This document shows positions 1 to 8,511 of a stretch of DNA of 64,000 nt, one piece after another. The notes beneath the pieces were generated by a model. That model worked only from the letters and a program-made list of their open reading frames with translations, did not search any database and was not told where the DNA came from. The stretch lies in assembly GCA_963712745.1 (NCBI GenBank), contig CAVQJC010000011.1, positions 96,001-160,000 on the forward strand, given 5' to 3'. Source of the DNA: an uncultured Chloroflexia bacterium. Its GTDB lineage: Bacteria > Chloroflexota > Limnocylindria > Limnocylindrales > CSP1-4. The position numbers and the translations under genes are program-made. Position 1 is the stretch's first letter. Each line of letters opens with the position of its first letter.

Positions 1-105
1 TGGCTGCTCCATCGCGATGGGGGCGATGGGTGCGACCGGCGTCGTCTCGGCCCCGCTGTCGTCGAGGATCTGCAGGCCTCCGAAGCCGGGTGCGTTCTCG
101 TTCAT
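1..105 (-). CDS. 5' end of a gene running off the window (MNENAPGFGGLQILDDSGAETTPVAPIAPIAMEQP...), product unknown
   Basis: Open frame from ATG at 105 to the window edge; TAGGAT -10-like hexamer 7 nt upstream. Confidence 0.5.
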   Translation of the reverse strand, partial: MNENAPGFGGLQILDDSGAETTPVAPIAPIAMEQP

Positions 106-126
106 CGGTCTCATCCTAGCATCTAT

Positions 127-151
127 CTTGATACTCCCAGGGAGTATCAAG
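127..151. promoter_or_regulatory. Perfect palindrome CTTGATACTCCC-A-GGGAGTATCAAG, probable repressor/activator operator
   Basis: 12-bp perfect inverted repeat with 1-nt spacer, just upstream of the gene starting at 105. Confidence 0.65.
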
Positions 152-182
152 GGGCGTTCGTGTCAGGCGTGTGACGGATGGG

Positions 183-1103
183 TCAGGGCAAGGGGCTGGG
201 TGTACCGAGCCCGCGCAGCTGGGGGATGACAGAGCGGCCGATGAGCTCGAGCTTGGCCAGATCGGCCACGTCGCGCACGCTGAAGATGGCGTGCTGTGCC
301 CCGGCTTCAGCGGTGCGACCGAGTCGCTCCACCATGGCCTCGGGCGTGAGCGAACGACGTGCGCCGTCGGGCGTGATCGACACCTGGGTCAGGAACGTCT
401 TCTCGATCTCGTCGTAGTCCCGGCCGACCGCCTGGCAGTGGCCTCGAAGCACCTCGTACTTGTGGCGCAACTGCGAGGGGTCGGTACCGAAGACGTTGCA
501 GGCGTCGGCGTACTTGGCCACGAGCTTCAGCGTGCGTCGCTCCCCGCCGCCGCCGATGAGGATGGGTGGGTGCGGCCGCGACAGCGCCTGCGGGGCGTTC
601 AGCGGGTCAGTGGCCTGGTAGTGGCGGCCGTCGAAGCGTTCACGCTGGCCCTGCTCACCACGCCAGGCCGCATGCGCCAACTGCAGGGTCTCCTCCAGCA
701 TCTCGAAGCGGTCACCCAGCGGCGGCATGGGGAAGCCCCAGGCGCGTGATTCCTGCTCGTTCCAAGCGGCTCCGATGCCGAACCAGGCACGTCCGCCGCT
801 GAGCACGTCGAGCGTGGTCGCCGCCTTGATCCAGAGGCCGGCCATCCGGTAGTGGATGCCTCCGACCATCAGCCCCAGGCGCGCTCGCCTCGAATGCGCG
901 GCCATGAAGCCGAGCGCCGTCATGCCCTCGAGCATCGGTTCCTCGGGCTTGCCCACCGAGCCGATCTGGAGGAAGTGGTCCATGACCCAGATCGAATCGA
1001 AGCCGGCTTCGTCCGCGGTGCGCACGATAGAAGCCAGCGTCTCACCGATGGCGGCATCGCCACCGGGCCAGGTGAACGAGCTGATCTGCAGTCCGACCTT
1101 CAT
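183..1103 (-). CDS. LLM-class F420-dependent oxidoreductase
   Basis: ADEAGFDSIWVMDHF, LDVLSGGRAWFGIGAAW, PPILIGGGGERRTLKLVAKYAD motifs; downstream of cof genes. Confidence 0.9.
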   Translation of the reverse strand: MKVGLQISSFTWPGGDAAIGETLASIVRTADEAGFDSIWVMDHFLQIGSVGKPEEPMLEGMTALGFMAAHSRRARLGLMVGGIHYRMAGLWIKAATTLDVLSGGRAWFGIGAAWNEQESRAWGFPMPPLGDRFEMLEETLQLAHAAWRGEQGQRERFDGRHYQATDPLNAPQALSRPHPPILIGGGGERRTLKLVAKYADACNVFGTDPSQLRHKYEVLRGHCQAVGRDYDEIEKTFLTQVSITPDGARRSLTPEAMVERLGRTAEAGAQHAIFSVRDVADLAKLELIGRSVIPQLRGLGTPSPLP

Positions 1104-1121
1104 GACGAGAAGTCTAGCGAG

Positions 1122-1177
1122 GCCGGACCGCAGGCAGGCCCTGACGCCGGACCGTAGGCAGGCCCTGACGCCGGACC
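1122..1177 (+). repeat. Intergenic tandem repeat, 24 bp x 2.3 (GCCGGACCGYAGGCAGGCCCTGAC)
   Basis: Read directly from sequence. Confidence 0.85.
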
Positions 1178-1179
1178 CG

Positions 1180-1962
1180 CTAGCGGAAGAGGTCCTGCTC
1201 GGTGGGCATGATCACATCCGGAGCGACGGAGCCCGTCCCGGGCGGGAGGCGGGCACCCCGGATGAGCACGACCGGCTGGCGGCTGGTCTTGCCCGAGGCG
1301 AGTTCCGCCACCGAGGCCAGCTCGTCGGCCACGGCCACGACCGTGGCCGACATCTCTCGCCCCTCGGTATCGGCCTGTCCGCGCATGTCGTCGAGCGGCC
1401 GGAACCCCGAAACGCCTACGGCCACGTCAGTGATGCCCAGGCGCCAGGGCCGGCCGAACGAATCCGACACCACCACCGCCACGTCCACGCCCAGCTCCTC
1501 GAGGATCGCCTGCCGCAGGCCCGCGGCCGAGCGATCGGGGTCGTCGGGCAGCAGCGTGACCACGCCCTCGTCTCCGACGTTGGAGGCGTCCACGCCGGCG
1601 TTGGCGCAGACGAAGCCGTGGTGCGTACGGCTGATGATGATGCCCCGCTCCATGCGCACGACCTCGGCCGACTCACGCAGCACCACCTCTACCTGGCGCG
1701 GATCCTTGCCCCAGGCCCGCGCCCAATCGGCCGCCTCTGGCCGCGGTTCGACCTCAGCGAGGCGGACCACTCGACCCTCGGCCTTGGACACGACCTTCTG
1801 GGTCACGACGAGCACGTCGCCCTGGGCCGGTGCCAGCGTCGGGTCCTCGGTGACGAGCGCCCACCAGGCCTCGGCGATCAGGCGGCCCAGGTCGTCGCCC
1901 GGCCTGACCTCCGGCAGCGCTGGCAGTGGCACGGCCGTCAACCGCCCGCCTGCTGCGGTCAC
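1180..1962 (-). CDS. cofE: Coenzyme F420-0:L-glutamate ligase
   Basis: LPEVRPGDDL, VVTQKVVSKAEGR, CANAGVDASN, SDSFGRPWRLG motifs. Confidence 0.95.
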   Translation of the reverse strand: MTAAGGRLTAVPLPALPEVRPGDDLGRLIAEAWWALVTEDPTLAPAQGDVLVVTQKVVSKAEGRVVRLAEVEPRPEAADWARAWGKDPRQVEVVLRESAEVVRMERGIIISRTHHGFVCANAGVDASNVGDEGVVTLLPDDPDRSAAGLRQAILEELGVDVAVVVSDSFGRPWRLGITDVAVGVSGFRPLDDMRGQADTEGREMSATVVAVADELASVAELASGKTSRQPVVLIRGARLPPGTGSVAPDVIMPTEQDLFR

Positions 1963-2666
1963 ACGCCGTCCCCGTCGGCAGCAGCCCGGCCAAGCTCGGT
2001 CAGCTCCCGCATGCGGGCCGGGTCGAGGCGCTCGAGGTCGTCGGGCGTGTCGAGGTCAAAGCCCAGGACGTCATCGCTGATGACCTGCACCGCAGCCCCG
2101 GCCCTCTCCGCCGCTCGCAGGTGGGCCGCGAAGCTGTCGGGCCCGAAGGCCGGGGCGATGACCTTGGGCGGCTGCAGCAACAACGCGTTGGTGCCGCCGC
2201 CGGCGTCGGACGGTGCGATCGCCACGAGTGGGGCCCCCGCGGCCGCAACCATGCCGGCGTCGGCCGCCATCATCAGCTCTTCGAGCGCCTCGACCGTCAG
2301 GTACGGAAGGTCGCCCGGCAACACGAGCACGCTCGCGGCGTCTTCGTCGCGAGCTGCGCGGACTCCCAGGCGGATGCCCTCGTTGAGGCCTTCGCCCTGC
2401 TGGCGATGGACGGTCACTTCGACGCCGGCCTGACGGGTCGCGGCGTCGAGCACCGGATCGGGGCTGACGATGTGGATGCGCCGGCAGACCTTCCACTTCC
2501 CGAGTACGGCCAGCGTGTGCAGCAGCATGCCCAACACGAGCTCTTCTCGTTCCTCGGCATCCAGCGCGCCGCCCAGGCGCGCCTTGCCGCCGGACACCGT
2601 GCGCATGGGCAGCACCACGTGGACGGGCTCGAGCTCGCTCTCGCGGATGGGTCGGTCGTCGCTCAT
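1959..2666 (-). CDS. cofC: 2-phospho-L-lactate/PEP guanylyltransferase
   Basis: GKARL, GLN, PGDLP, GGTNALL, FGPDSF..H, DLDTPDDL motifs; between cofD and cofE. Confidence 0.9.
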   Translation of the reverse strand: MSDDRPIRESELEPVHVVLPMRTVSGGKARLGGALDAEEREELVLGMLLHTLAVLGKWKVCRRIHIVSPDPVLDAATRQAGVEVTVHRQQGEGLNEGIRLGVRAARDEDAASVLVLPGDLPYLTVEALEELMMAADAGMVAAAGAPLVAIAPSDAGGGTNALLLQPPKVIAPAFGPDSFAAHLRAAERAGAAVQVISDDVLGFDLDTPDDLERLDPARMRELTELGRAAADGDGV

Positions 2667-2700
2667 CGGTCAGGTGATGGTAGTCGCCATGGGCGGCACG

Positions 2701-3702
2701 TCAGTCGGTCGGATGGGCCCCGAGGATGGCAGCGCCCAGTCGCTCACGGTCGTGGTAGGAGCGCATGACGGTATCGAGCACGTCGACCGCGATCCCCTGG
2801 TCGCGCAGCACCGCGGCCTCTGCCGCGTCGGTGCCATCGAGCACGAAGGTGTCGACCAGGCCCGGATAGTGCTCCCGGTAGTGCGCCACGAAGCCGCTCG
2901 CGGAGGCGGACCCCCCGAGCGACTCGAGCATGCGGTCGGCCGGTCCTCGCAGTGCCTTCCCGGCGACCACCGGGCTCACGGCCACGATCGGTGCCGCTGC
3001 GGCCAGCAGCGCATCGAGCAGTCCGGGCACGGCCAAGATGGTCCCGACCGAGACGAACGGGTTCGAGGGAGCCACTACGATGAGCCGGGCCGCGGCCAGG
3101 GCGGACAGCACCTCGGGCGTCGGCCGAGCCCGTTCGATGCCCAGCCGGCGGACCTCCAGCACGGTGTCCCGTTGGCCACGGCGCACGAAGTAGTCCTGGA
3201 ACTCGAGCCAGCCATCGGGCGTGCGTACCTCGGTGCGCACCGTCTCATCGCTCATGGGCAGCAGCCGGGCCGGGACCTCCAGGCGCGCCGCCAGCTCGGC
3301 GGTGACCTCGGTCAGGCGCAGGCCCTCGCGCAGCAGCTGGGTGCGGCGGATGTGGGTGGCCATGTCACGGTCGCCGAGCTTGAACCAGGTCTCTGCGCCG
3401 TATCGGCCCAGCATGGCCGAGGTCGACCAGGTCTCGTCGCGCACGCCCCAGCCGGTCTCGTCGTTGGCCAGGCCCGCCAGCGTGTACATGACCGTGTCGA
3501 GGTCCGGCGAGACGGCCAGGCCATGTATCTCCAGGTCATCACCGGTGTTCACCACCACCGAGAGGTCGAGAGGAGCGAGGCCGTGTGCGCCCCGCGCGGC
3601 CGAGGCCAGGGCCAGGCCGTGGCTGAGCTTGGCTCCGCCGTAGCCGCCCGCGAGCACGACGAGCCCGGGGCCGCCGTTCAGGAAGGACTCGTCAGCGCTC
3701 AC
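2701..3702 (-). CDS. cofD: 2-phospho-L-lactate transferase
   Basis: LAGGYGGAK, VNTGDD, SPDLDTVMYTLAG, WFKLGDRDMATH, PSNPFVS motifs. Confidence 0.95.
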   Translation of the reverse strand: MSADESFLNGGPGLVVLAGGYGGAKLSHGLALASAARGAHGLAPLDLSVVVNTGDDLEIHGLAVSPDLDTVMYTLAGLANDETGWGVRDETWSTSAMLGRYGAETWFKLGDRDMATHIRRTQLLREGLRLTEVTAELAARLEVPARLLPMSDETVRTEVRTPDGWLEFQDYFVRRGQRDTVLEVRRLGIERARPTPEVLSALAAARLIVVAPSNPFVSVGTILAVPGLLDALLAAAAPIVAVSPVVAGKALRGPADRMLESLGGSASASGFVAHYREHYPGLVDTFVLDGTDAAEAAVLRDQGIAVDVLDTVMRSYHDRERLGAAILGAHPTD

Positions 3703-4118
3703 GCGTCGGGGTGCTCCACGACGCGGTCGGGTCGGAGCACGAAGCTGATGCGTTCCTGGGGCTTGAACACCTCCCGGATCATGCGCTCGGCCTTGGCCGC
3801 ATCGTCGGCGTTGTAGCGTCGAGCCATCTCGGCGATGTCGGCCTGGGCTGTGGCCTGATCAGCCACCACCTCAACGCGTCCGCTGACGCTGACCCAGTCG
3901 TAGCCGGCCTCGATGAGCATGCTGCAGCGAGGGTCTCGCAGCAGGTTGGCGGGCCAGACGCGGCCGACCGCGGAGTTGAGCACAACGGCATCGCCACGCA
4001 CGAGATACCACACCACGGCCAGGTGCGGAGCGCCGCCGGCTGACACCGTCGCGAGCGTGCCGAACATGCCCTCGTGCTCCAGCACTGCGCGTGCCCAGCC
4101 CTCGATCCGTCGTGCCAT
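3699..4118 (-). CDS. PPOX-class F420-dependent oxidoreductase (split beta-barrel)
   Basis: LATV...G.PH...VWY and NLLRDPR motifs; start chosen at ATG 4118 with GGAG upstream; overlaps cofD start. Confidence 0.8.
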   Translation of the reverse strand: MARRIEGWARAVLEHEGMFGTLATVSAGGAPHLAVVWYLVRGDAVVLNSAVGRVWPANLLRDPRCSMLIEAGYDWVSVSGRVEVVADQATAQADIAEMARRYNADDAAKAERMIREVFKPQERISFVLRPDRVVEHPDA

Positions 4119-4243
4119 GTCCACTCCGCTCAGGCTACGTTCCATCGTGTGGTCGATCGTTGCCGCCCGATGATACGGGCGTTCGGGGTCTAGACTCGTC
4201 GCCTGATCCGAGAAACCACGGCTTGGACCAGGGGAGGAGCGAC

Positions 4244-4990
4244 ATGACCCAGATCCACCTTCGCGCCGAGGTCGGCGACTACGCACCGCTGGTGCTCCTG
4301 CCCGGCGATCCCAACCGGGCCCGGCGCGTGGCGGAGCTGTTCGACGGGGGCCTCGAGGGCGCCCGCCTCGTCAACGACCATCGCGGCATGCTCGGCTACA
4401 CCGGCGAGTACAAGGGCCGGCCGGTGAGTGTCCAGACCTCGGGCATGGGCACGCCATCCATCTCCATCGTGGTCGAGGAGCTGCTGAACCTCGGCGTTCG
4501 ACGGCTCGTGCGCATCGGCACCACCGGCGGCATCGGTCGCGGCGTCCGCGCTGCCGACATCGTGGTGGCCATGTCGGCGGTTCCGGCCGACGGCGCCACC
4601 AGCACCTACCTGCATGGCGAACCCTACGCGCCCACGGCCGACTTCGAGCTGACGCGCGCTCTCGTCGATACGGCTCGCTCCATGGATGTGCAGCCGCACA
4701 TCGGCCAGATCCTCACCGCCGACGTCTTCTACAACCCCGATCCCGACTACGTCTCGAAGTGGCGCGCTCGCAACATCCTCAGCGTCGAGATGGAGGCGGC
4801 AGCGCTCTTCACGCTCGCGGCACGGGCCGCGGCCACCGGCGCGGACGTCAAGGCCGCCTGCATCCTCACCGTCAGCGACACGATGTCCGATGAGGAGGAG
4901 ATCGGCGAGACCTATCTACCGCTCGACGCGCTCGAAAAGGCCACCGACCGCATGATCGAGGTGGCCCTGGAGGCCGGCCTCTCGATCTGA
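4244..4990 (+). CDS. deoD: Purine-nucleoside phosphorylase, DeoD type
   Basis: LLPGDPNRA, GMGTPS, RIGTTG, DVFY, VEMEAA, TVSD motifs; GGAGGAG RBS. Confidence 0.9.
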   Translation: MTQIHLRAEVGDYAPLVLLPGDPNRARRVAELFDGGLEGARLVNDHRGMLGYTGEYKGRPVSVQTSGMGTPSISIVVEELLNLGVRRLVRIGTTGGIGRGVRAADIVVAMSAVPADGATSTYLHGEPYAPTADFELTRALVDTARSMDVQPHIGQILTADVFYNPDPDYVSKWRARNILSVEMEAAALFTLAARAAATGADVKAACILTVSDTMSDEEEIGETYLPLDALEKATDRMIEVALEAGLSI

Positions 4991-4997
4991 GGCGGCG

Positions 4998-5798
4998 ATG
5001 ACGCTGCATCTGCCGGTCGGGCTCAATCCGACCGCCATCGGGGTCGATGCGTCATGGTGGCTTGACGCTGTCGGCAGGGCCGAGGACGTTGGCTTCGGAA
5101 CGGCCTGGATCTGGGATCACTTCATCAGCCGGGGCGACCTCGACGACCCGCTGCTGGAGTGCTGGACCATGCTTACCGCAGCGGCCGTCTCCACCGAGCG
5201 CATCCGCGTGGGCTCGTTCGTGGCCAACGTCGTCAACCGCCATCCTGCGCTGCTGGCCAACATCGTGGGCACGCTCGCGGAACTCGCGCCTGGCCGGGTG
5301 GAGCTGGGCCTCGGCATCGGCGGCCACCCGCTCGAGCACCGCGCCTACGGCATGGAGTTCCCGCCCCCGCCCGAGCGGGCCGAGCGGCTCGAGGAGGCCG
5401 TGGCCGTGCTGCGCGCCCTGTTCGGGGGAGGCCCGGTCGACTACGAGGGACGCTACTACCGGCTCGAGCAAGCACGCGCGTTCCCGGTCCCGAGGCCCGC
5501 GCCGCGCATCACCATCGCCGGCCTGCGACCGGCCGGCGCCCGCCTGGCGGCACGCGTAGGAGACGCCTGGACCTGCTTCGCGCCCGAATACGAGCAACTG
5601 CGGCCGGTATTCGATGAGGCCCTGGTCGCGGCCGGCCGCGAGCTCGATGAGGTGGGCGTGGTCGTGGGCATCGAGCACGACGAGATCGACGAGGACCTGG
5701 CCACCCTGACCGCGCGCTGGCGAGGGCTGGGGGCGACCGAGCTCATCGTCCACGACGTGGGCCCGGGCGAGCTCGATCGCATCCTTGCCCTGGCCTGA
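4998..5798 (+). CDS. LLM-class flavin/F420-dependent oxidoreductase
   Basis: AWIWDHF, LECWTMLTAAA, RHPALLA, GRVELGLGIG. Confidence 0.85.
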   Translation: MTLHLPVGLNPTAIGVDASWWLDAVGRAEDVGFGTAWIWDHFISRGDLDDPLLECWTMLTAAAVSTERIRVGSFVANVVNRHPALLANIVGTLAELAPGRVELGLGIGGHPLEHRAYGMEFPPPPERAERLEEAVAVLRALFGGGPVDYEGRYYRLEQARAFPVPRPAPRITIAGLRPAGARLAARVGDAWTCFAPEYEQLRPVFDEALVAAGRELDEVGVVVGIEHDEIDEDLATLTARWRGLGATELIVHDVGPGELDRILALA

Positions 5799-5860
5799 CC
5801 GGGACGCTTCCATGAGCGATGCGCTGACACTTCTCGTCGTCCGCGCTAGGCTCCACCTCG

Positions 5861-6379
5861 ATGACCGGACCAACGAACCCGACAGAAGCCCAGGGGGATA
5901 GCGGCTTCCTCGCGCCCAAGCCGGGCTCGAAGCCCGTGGACCACTGCTTTCGCTGCGGCGCCGAGACCGCGCCCGGGGTGGGCCTCTGCGACGCGCACAA
6001 CACCGGACACCTGTCCGGGCCCAGCGCTACCCAGATGCACGCTACCGTCTTCGGCGGCATCGTCCTGGGCGTCATCGGCTTCTTCGTCATCGCCAGCCTG
6101 GCGGTGACGACGACGGGCCCGTTCGCCTCCGCGGTCACCTCCGCGACCGCCGATGCGGACGGCGCCGTCGCGCTTGCCTTCACCGTCACCAACGAGGGTG
6201 CCGACCGGGGCGTAGCCGACTGTCGCATCACCCGCGACGGTGTGCCCCGACCCGACGACCTTGCCTTCCGCACGGTGGCGGTGCCCGGCGGCGAGACCAT
6301 CACGCTCGAGCGGCAGCTGACCCGTCCGCCCGCCCAACCCGGCTACGACACCGAGGCGCTCACGGTCGTCTGCAGCTAG
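5861..6379 (+). CDS. Hypothetical membrane protein with N-terminal zinc ribbon
   Basis: CFRC..CDAH motif, one TM helix, small extracellular beta domain; CTGACA-17-TAGGCT promoter upstream. Confidence 0.65.
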   Translation: MTGPTNPTEAQGDSGFLAPKPGSKPVDHCFRCGAETAPGVGLCDAHNTGHLSGPSATQMHATVFGGIVLGVIGFFVIASLAVTTTGPFASAVTSATADADGAVALAFTVTNEGADRGVADCRITRDGVPRPDDLAFRTVAVPGGETITLERQLTRPPAQPGYDTEALTVVCS

Positions 6380-6467
6380 GTCTCCTGCTCGCGCCCCGCG
6401 CGGCCCTGGGCTTCCGATGGCCGGTCCGCCCGGTCCGCTGTCTAGTCCGACCCGCTAGCATCAGGTA

Positions 6468-7256
6468 GTGCTCAAGCCAGACGCTGCCCACGAGCTGGAG
6501 ATCGCCTCGGAGGCTGCCCGCGTTGCCGGCCGCATCCAGATGGGACTGTACGAGCGCCTCGAGTCCATCGACTTCAAGAGCGAGAAGGACGTGGTCACCG
6601 AAGCCGACCACCTGAGCGAGGCAGCCATCCTCGAGATCATCGGCGGGGCCTTCCCCGGCGATGCCTTCCTGGCCGAGGAATTGGGTGAATCGGGCGTCCA
6701 GGCCGACCGGCTCTGGGTCATCGACCCGCTTGACGGGACCGTCAACTACGCCAACGGCATCCCCTTCTTCGCGGTCAGCATCGGGCTCGTCGTGGACGGG
6801 CAGCCAACGCTGGGCGTCGTGCTCGACCCCACCCGTGACGAGCTGTTCACGGCCATCAGGGGGCAGGGGGCCCACCTCAACGGGCAGCGCATCCGCAACC
6901 GGGCCAAGGAGCGCATGGCCGACGCCGTGGTCAGCCTGGGCCTGCCCAGCCGCGGCTTCGGAAGACAGTACCGGGAGATCCGACGACGCGTCCGCAACAC
7001 CCGCGCCATGGGCAGTGCCACGCTCTCGCTCACGTACCTGGCCAACGGGCGTTTCGACGCCTACGTGCAGTGGTCCAAGCTCTCGCTCTGGGACATCTGT
7101 GCCGCCGGCGTCATCGCCCTCGAGGGCGGCGCGGTCGTGACCTCAGCCCTGGGCAACAGCTGGTTCGGCATCGGCATGCCATCCAAGTCGATCGGCATCG
7201 TCGCCGCCCCGCCGCAACACCACCGGGCCTACCTCGAGCTTCTCACCGCCGACTGA
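6468..7256 (+). CDS. suhB: Inositol monophosphatase family (SuhB-like)
   Basis: DVVTEAD, LAEE, WVIDPLDGTVNY, WDICAAGVI motifs. Confidence 0.88.
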   Translation: MLKPDAAHELEIASEAARVAGRIQMGLYERLESIDFKSEKDVVTEADHLSEAAILEIIGGAFPGDAFLAEELGESGVQADRLWVIDPLDGTVNYANGIPFFAVSIGLVVDGQPTLGVVLDPTRDELFTAIRGQGAHLNGQRIRNRAKERMADAVVSLGLPSRGFGRQYREIRRRVRNTRAMGSATLSLTYLANGRFDAYVQWSKLSLWDICAAGVIALEGGAVVTSALGNSWFGIGMPSKSIGIVAAPPQHHRAYLELLTAD

Positions 7257-7295
7257 CAGCCGCTCCCCGACCGGCGGCCGCCCCCGCAGGGTCTC

Positions 7296-7590
7296 GCTTG
7301 CATCAGCTGCACGCATTCGGCCTCGAGGCCGACCGGGTGGCGCGTCGTGTTCATGTGGTGCAAGCGGTCGCCACCAGATCGCAGCCCACGCAAAGACCCC
7401 GCTCCCGCACCGCCAGACAGGTCGGACTCGTGCACCACACGCAACCTCGCTAGAGCGCGCACCACACACGCGCCGCCGCACCACACGCAACCTCGCTAGA
7501 GCGCGCACCACACACGCGCCGCCGCACCACACGCAACCTCGTTGACGCACGCGCAACGCACGCGCGCGGCCGCACCACACACGCGCCACC
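7296..7590. repeat. REP/BIME-like intergenic element: imperfect hairpin (about 7296-7368) plus a 46-bp tandem repeat x2.4 (7432-7541) and degenerate GCACCACAC copies
   Basis: Unit GCACCACACGCAACCTCGCTAGAGCGCGCACCACACACGCGCCGCC seen twice exactly; lies between convergent genes. Confidence 0.75.
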
Positions 7591-7604
7591 GCGCGCCGAT
7601 CCCG

Positions 7605-8483
7605 TTAGCCGTGTCCGGGCAGGCGTTCGAGGAGGCGAGGGGAGCGCAGGCGCACGACCAGCGCCTCGAAGGCCGGCCGGTCGACACCGCGCCAGCGCAG
7701 CTCTCCGGGGTCGGCCTGGGGGATGGGCGCGTCGATCCGCAGGGTCGCGAGCTCGCGGAAGAGCAGCGCATCAGCCCGATGCTCAGCCAGCGTGCGGGCC
7801 AGGCTGGCGGCGCCTCGCACCTTCAGGTCCCAGGCGCTCACCGAGTCGGGGATTTCCTCCAGGTGGGGGTAGCGCTGCAGCACCGTCGCTGCCGACCGAG
7901 TGCCCCAGCCCGCGAGGCCGGGGAAGCCGTCGGCCGCATCGCCCACCAAGGCCAGGTAGTCGGGGATCGAGGCCGGCCGCACCCCGAACTTTCCGGCCAC
8001 CCCGTCGGCGTCGTAGAAGCGGCCAGCCCGCCGGTCGAAGGTGACCACGCGGCCGTCCTCGCGCACACACTGGGCCATGTCCTTGTCGGGCGAGAGGATG
8101 ACCACTCGTTCGACGTCGGGGTGGTCAGCGAATCGAGCCGCTGCGGCAGCCAGCCCGTCGTCAGCCTCGAACTCGACCATCGGCCAGACGACCGCGCCCA
8201 GCGCGCGCAGAGCCTCCTCCACCAGGCCGAACTGGGCCAGCAGTTCAGGCGGCATGCCCTCGTCGGTCTTGTAGCCGGCGTAGCGGTCATTGCGCCAGGA
8301 GCGGATGACATGGTCGGTGGCACAGCCCAGATGGGTGACACCGTCCTCGCGCAGCAGCGACAGCACCGACTCGACCACGCCCAGCGTGGCCCCCACCGGC
8401 TCGCCGTCGATCCCGTTCCGGGGCGGTCGCCCGAAGTGCGCGCGGAAGAGCTCGTAGGTAGCGTCGAGCAGATGGATCTGCAC
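7605..8483 (-). CDS. 5'-3' exonuclease / flap endonuclease (stand-alone PolA N-domain type)
   Basis: LLDATYELFRAHF, YKT, EFEADD, SPDKD, ALVGDAADGFPG..GWG (H3TH). Confidence 0.92.
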   Translation of the reverse strand: MQIHLLDATYELFRAHFGRPPRNGIDGEPVGATLGVVESVLSLLREDGVTHLGCATDHVIRSWRNDRYAGYKTDEGMPPELLAQFGLVEEALRALGAVVWPMVEFEADDGLAAAAARFADHPDVERVVILSPDKDMAQCVREDGRVVTFDRRAGRFYDADGVAGKFGVRPASIPDYLALVGDAADGFPGLAGWGTRSAATVLQRYPHLEEIPDSVSAWDLKVRGAASLARTLAEHRADALLFRELATLRIDAPIPQADPGELRWRGVDRPAFEALVVRLRSPRLLERLPGHG

Positions 8484-8511
8484 AGCGGACGCCCGTTCGC
8501 TCGTGCCTGCG

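Noticed and set aside
4186-4197. GTCTAGAC upstream of deoD as another GntR box
   Set aside because: Explained equally well as a TAGACT -10 element; flanks lack the CAGG extension and it is far from the island
7432-7541. Possible CRISPR array
   Set aside because: Units are head-to-tail identical with no unique spacers, and no cas genes are nearby
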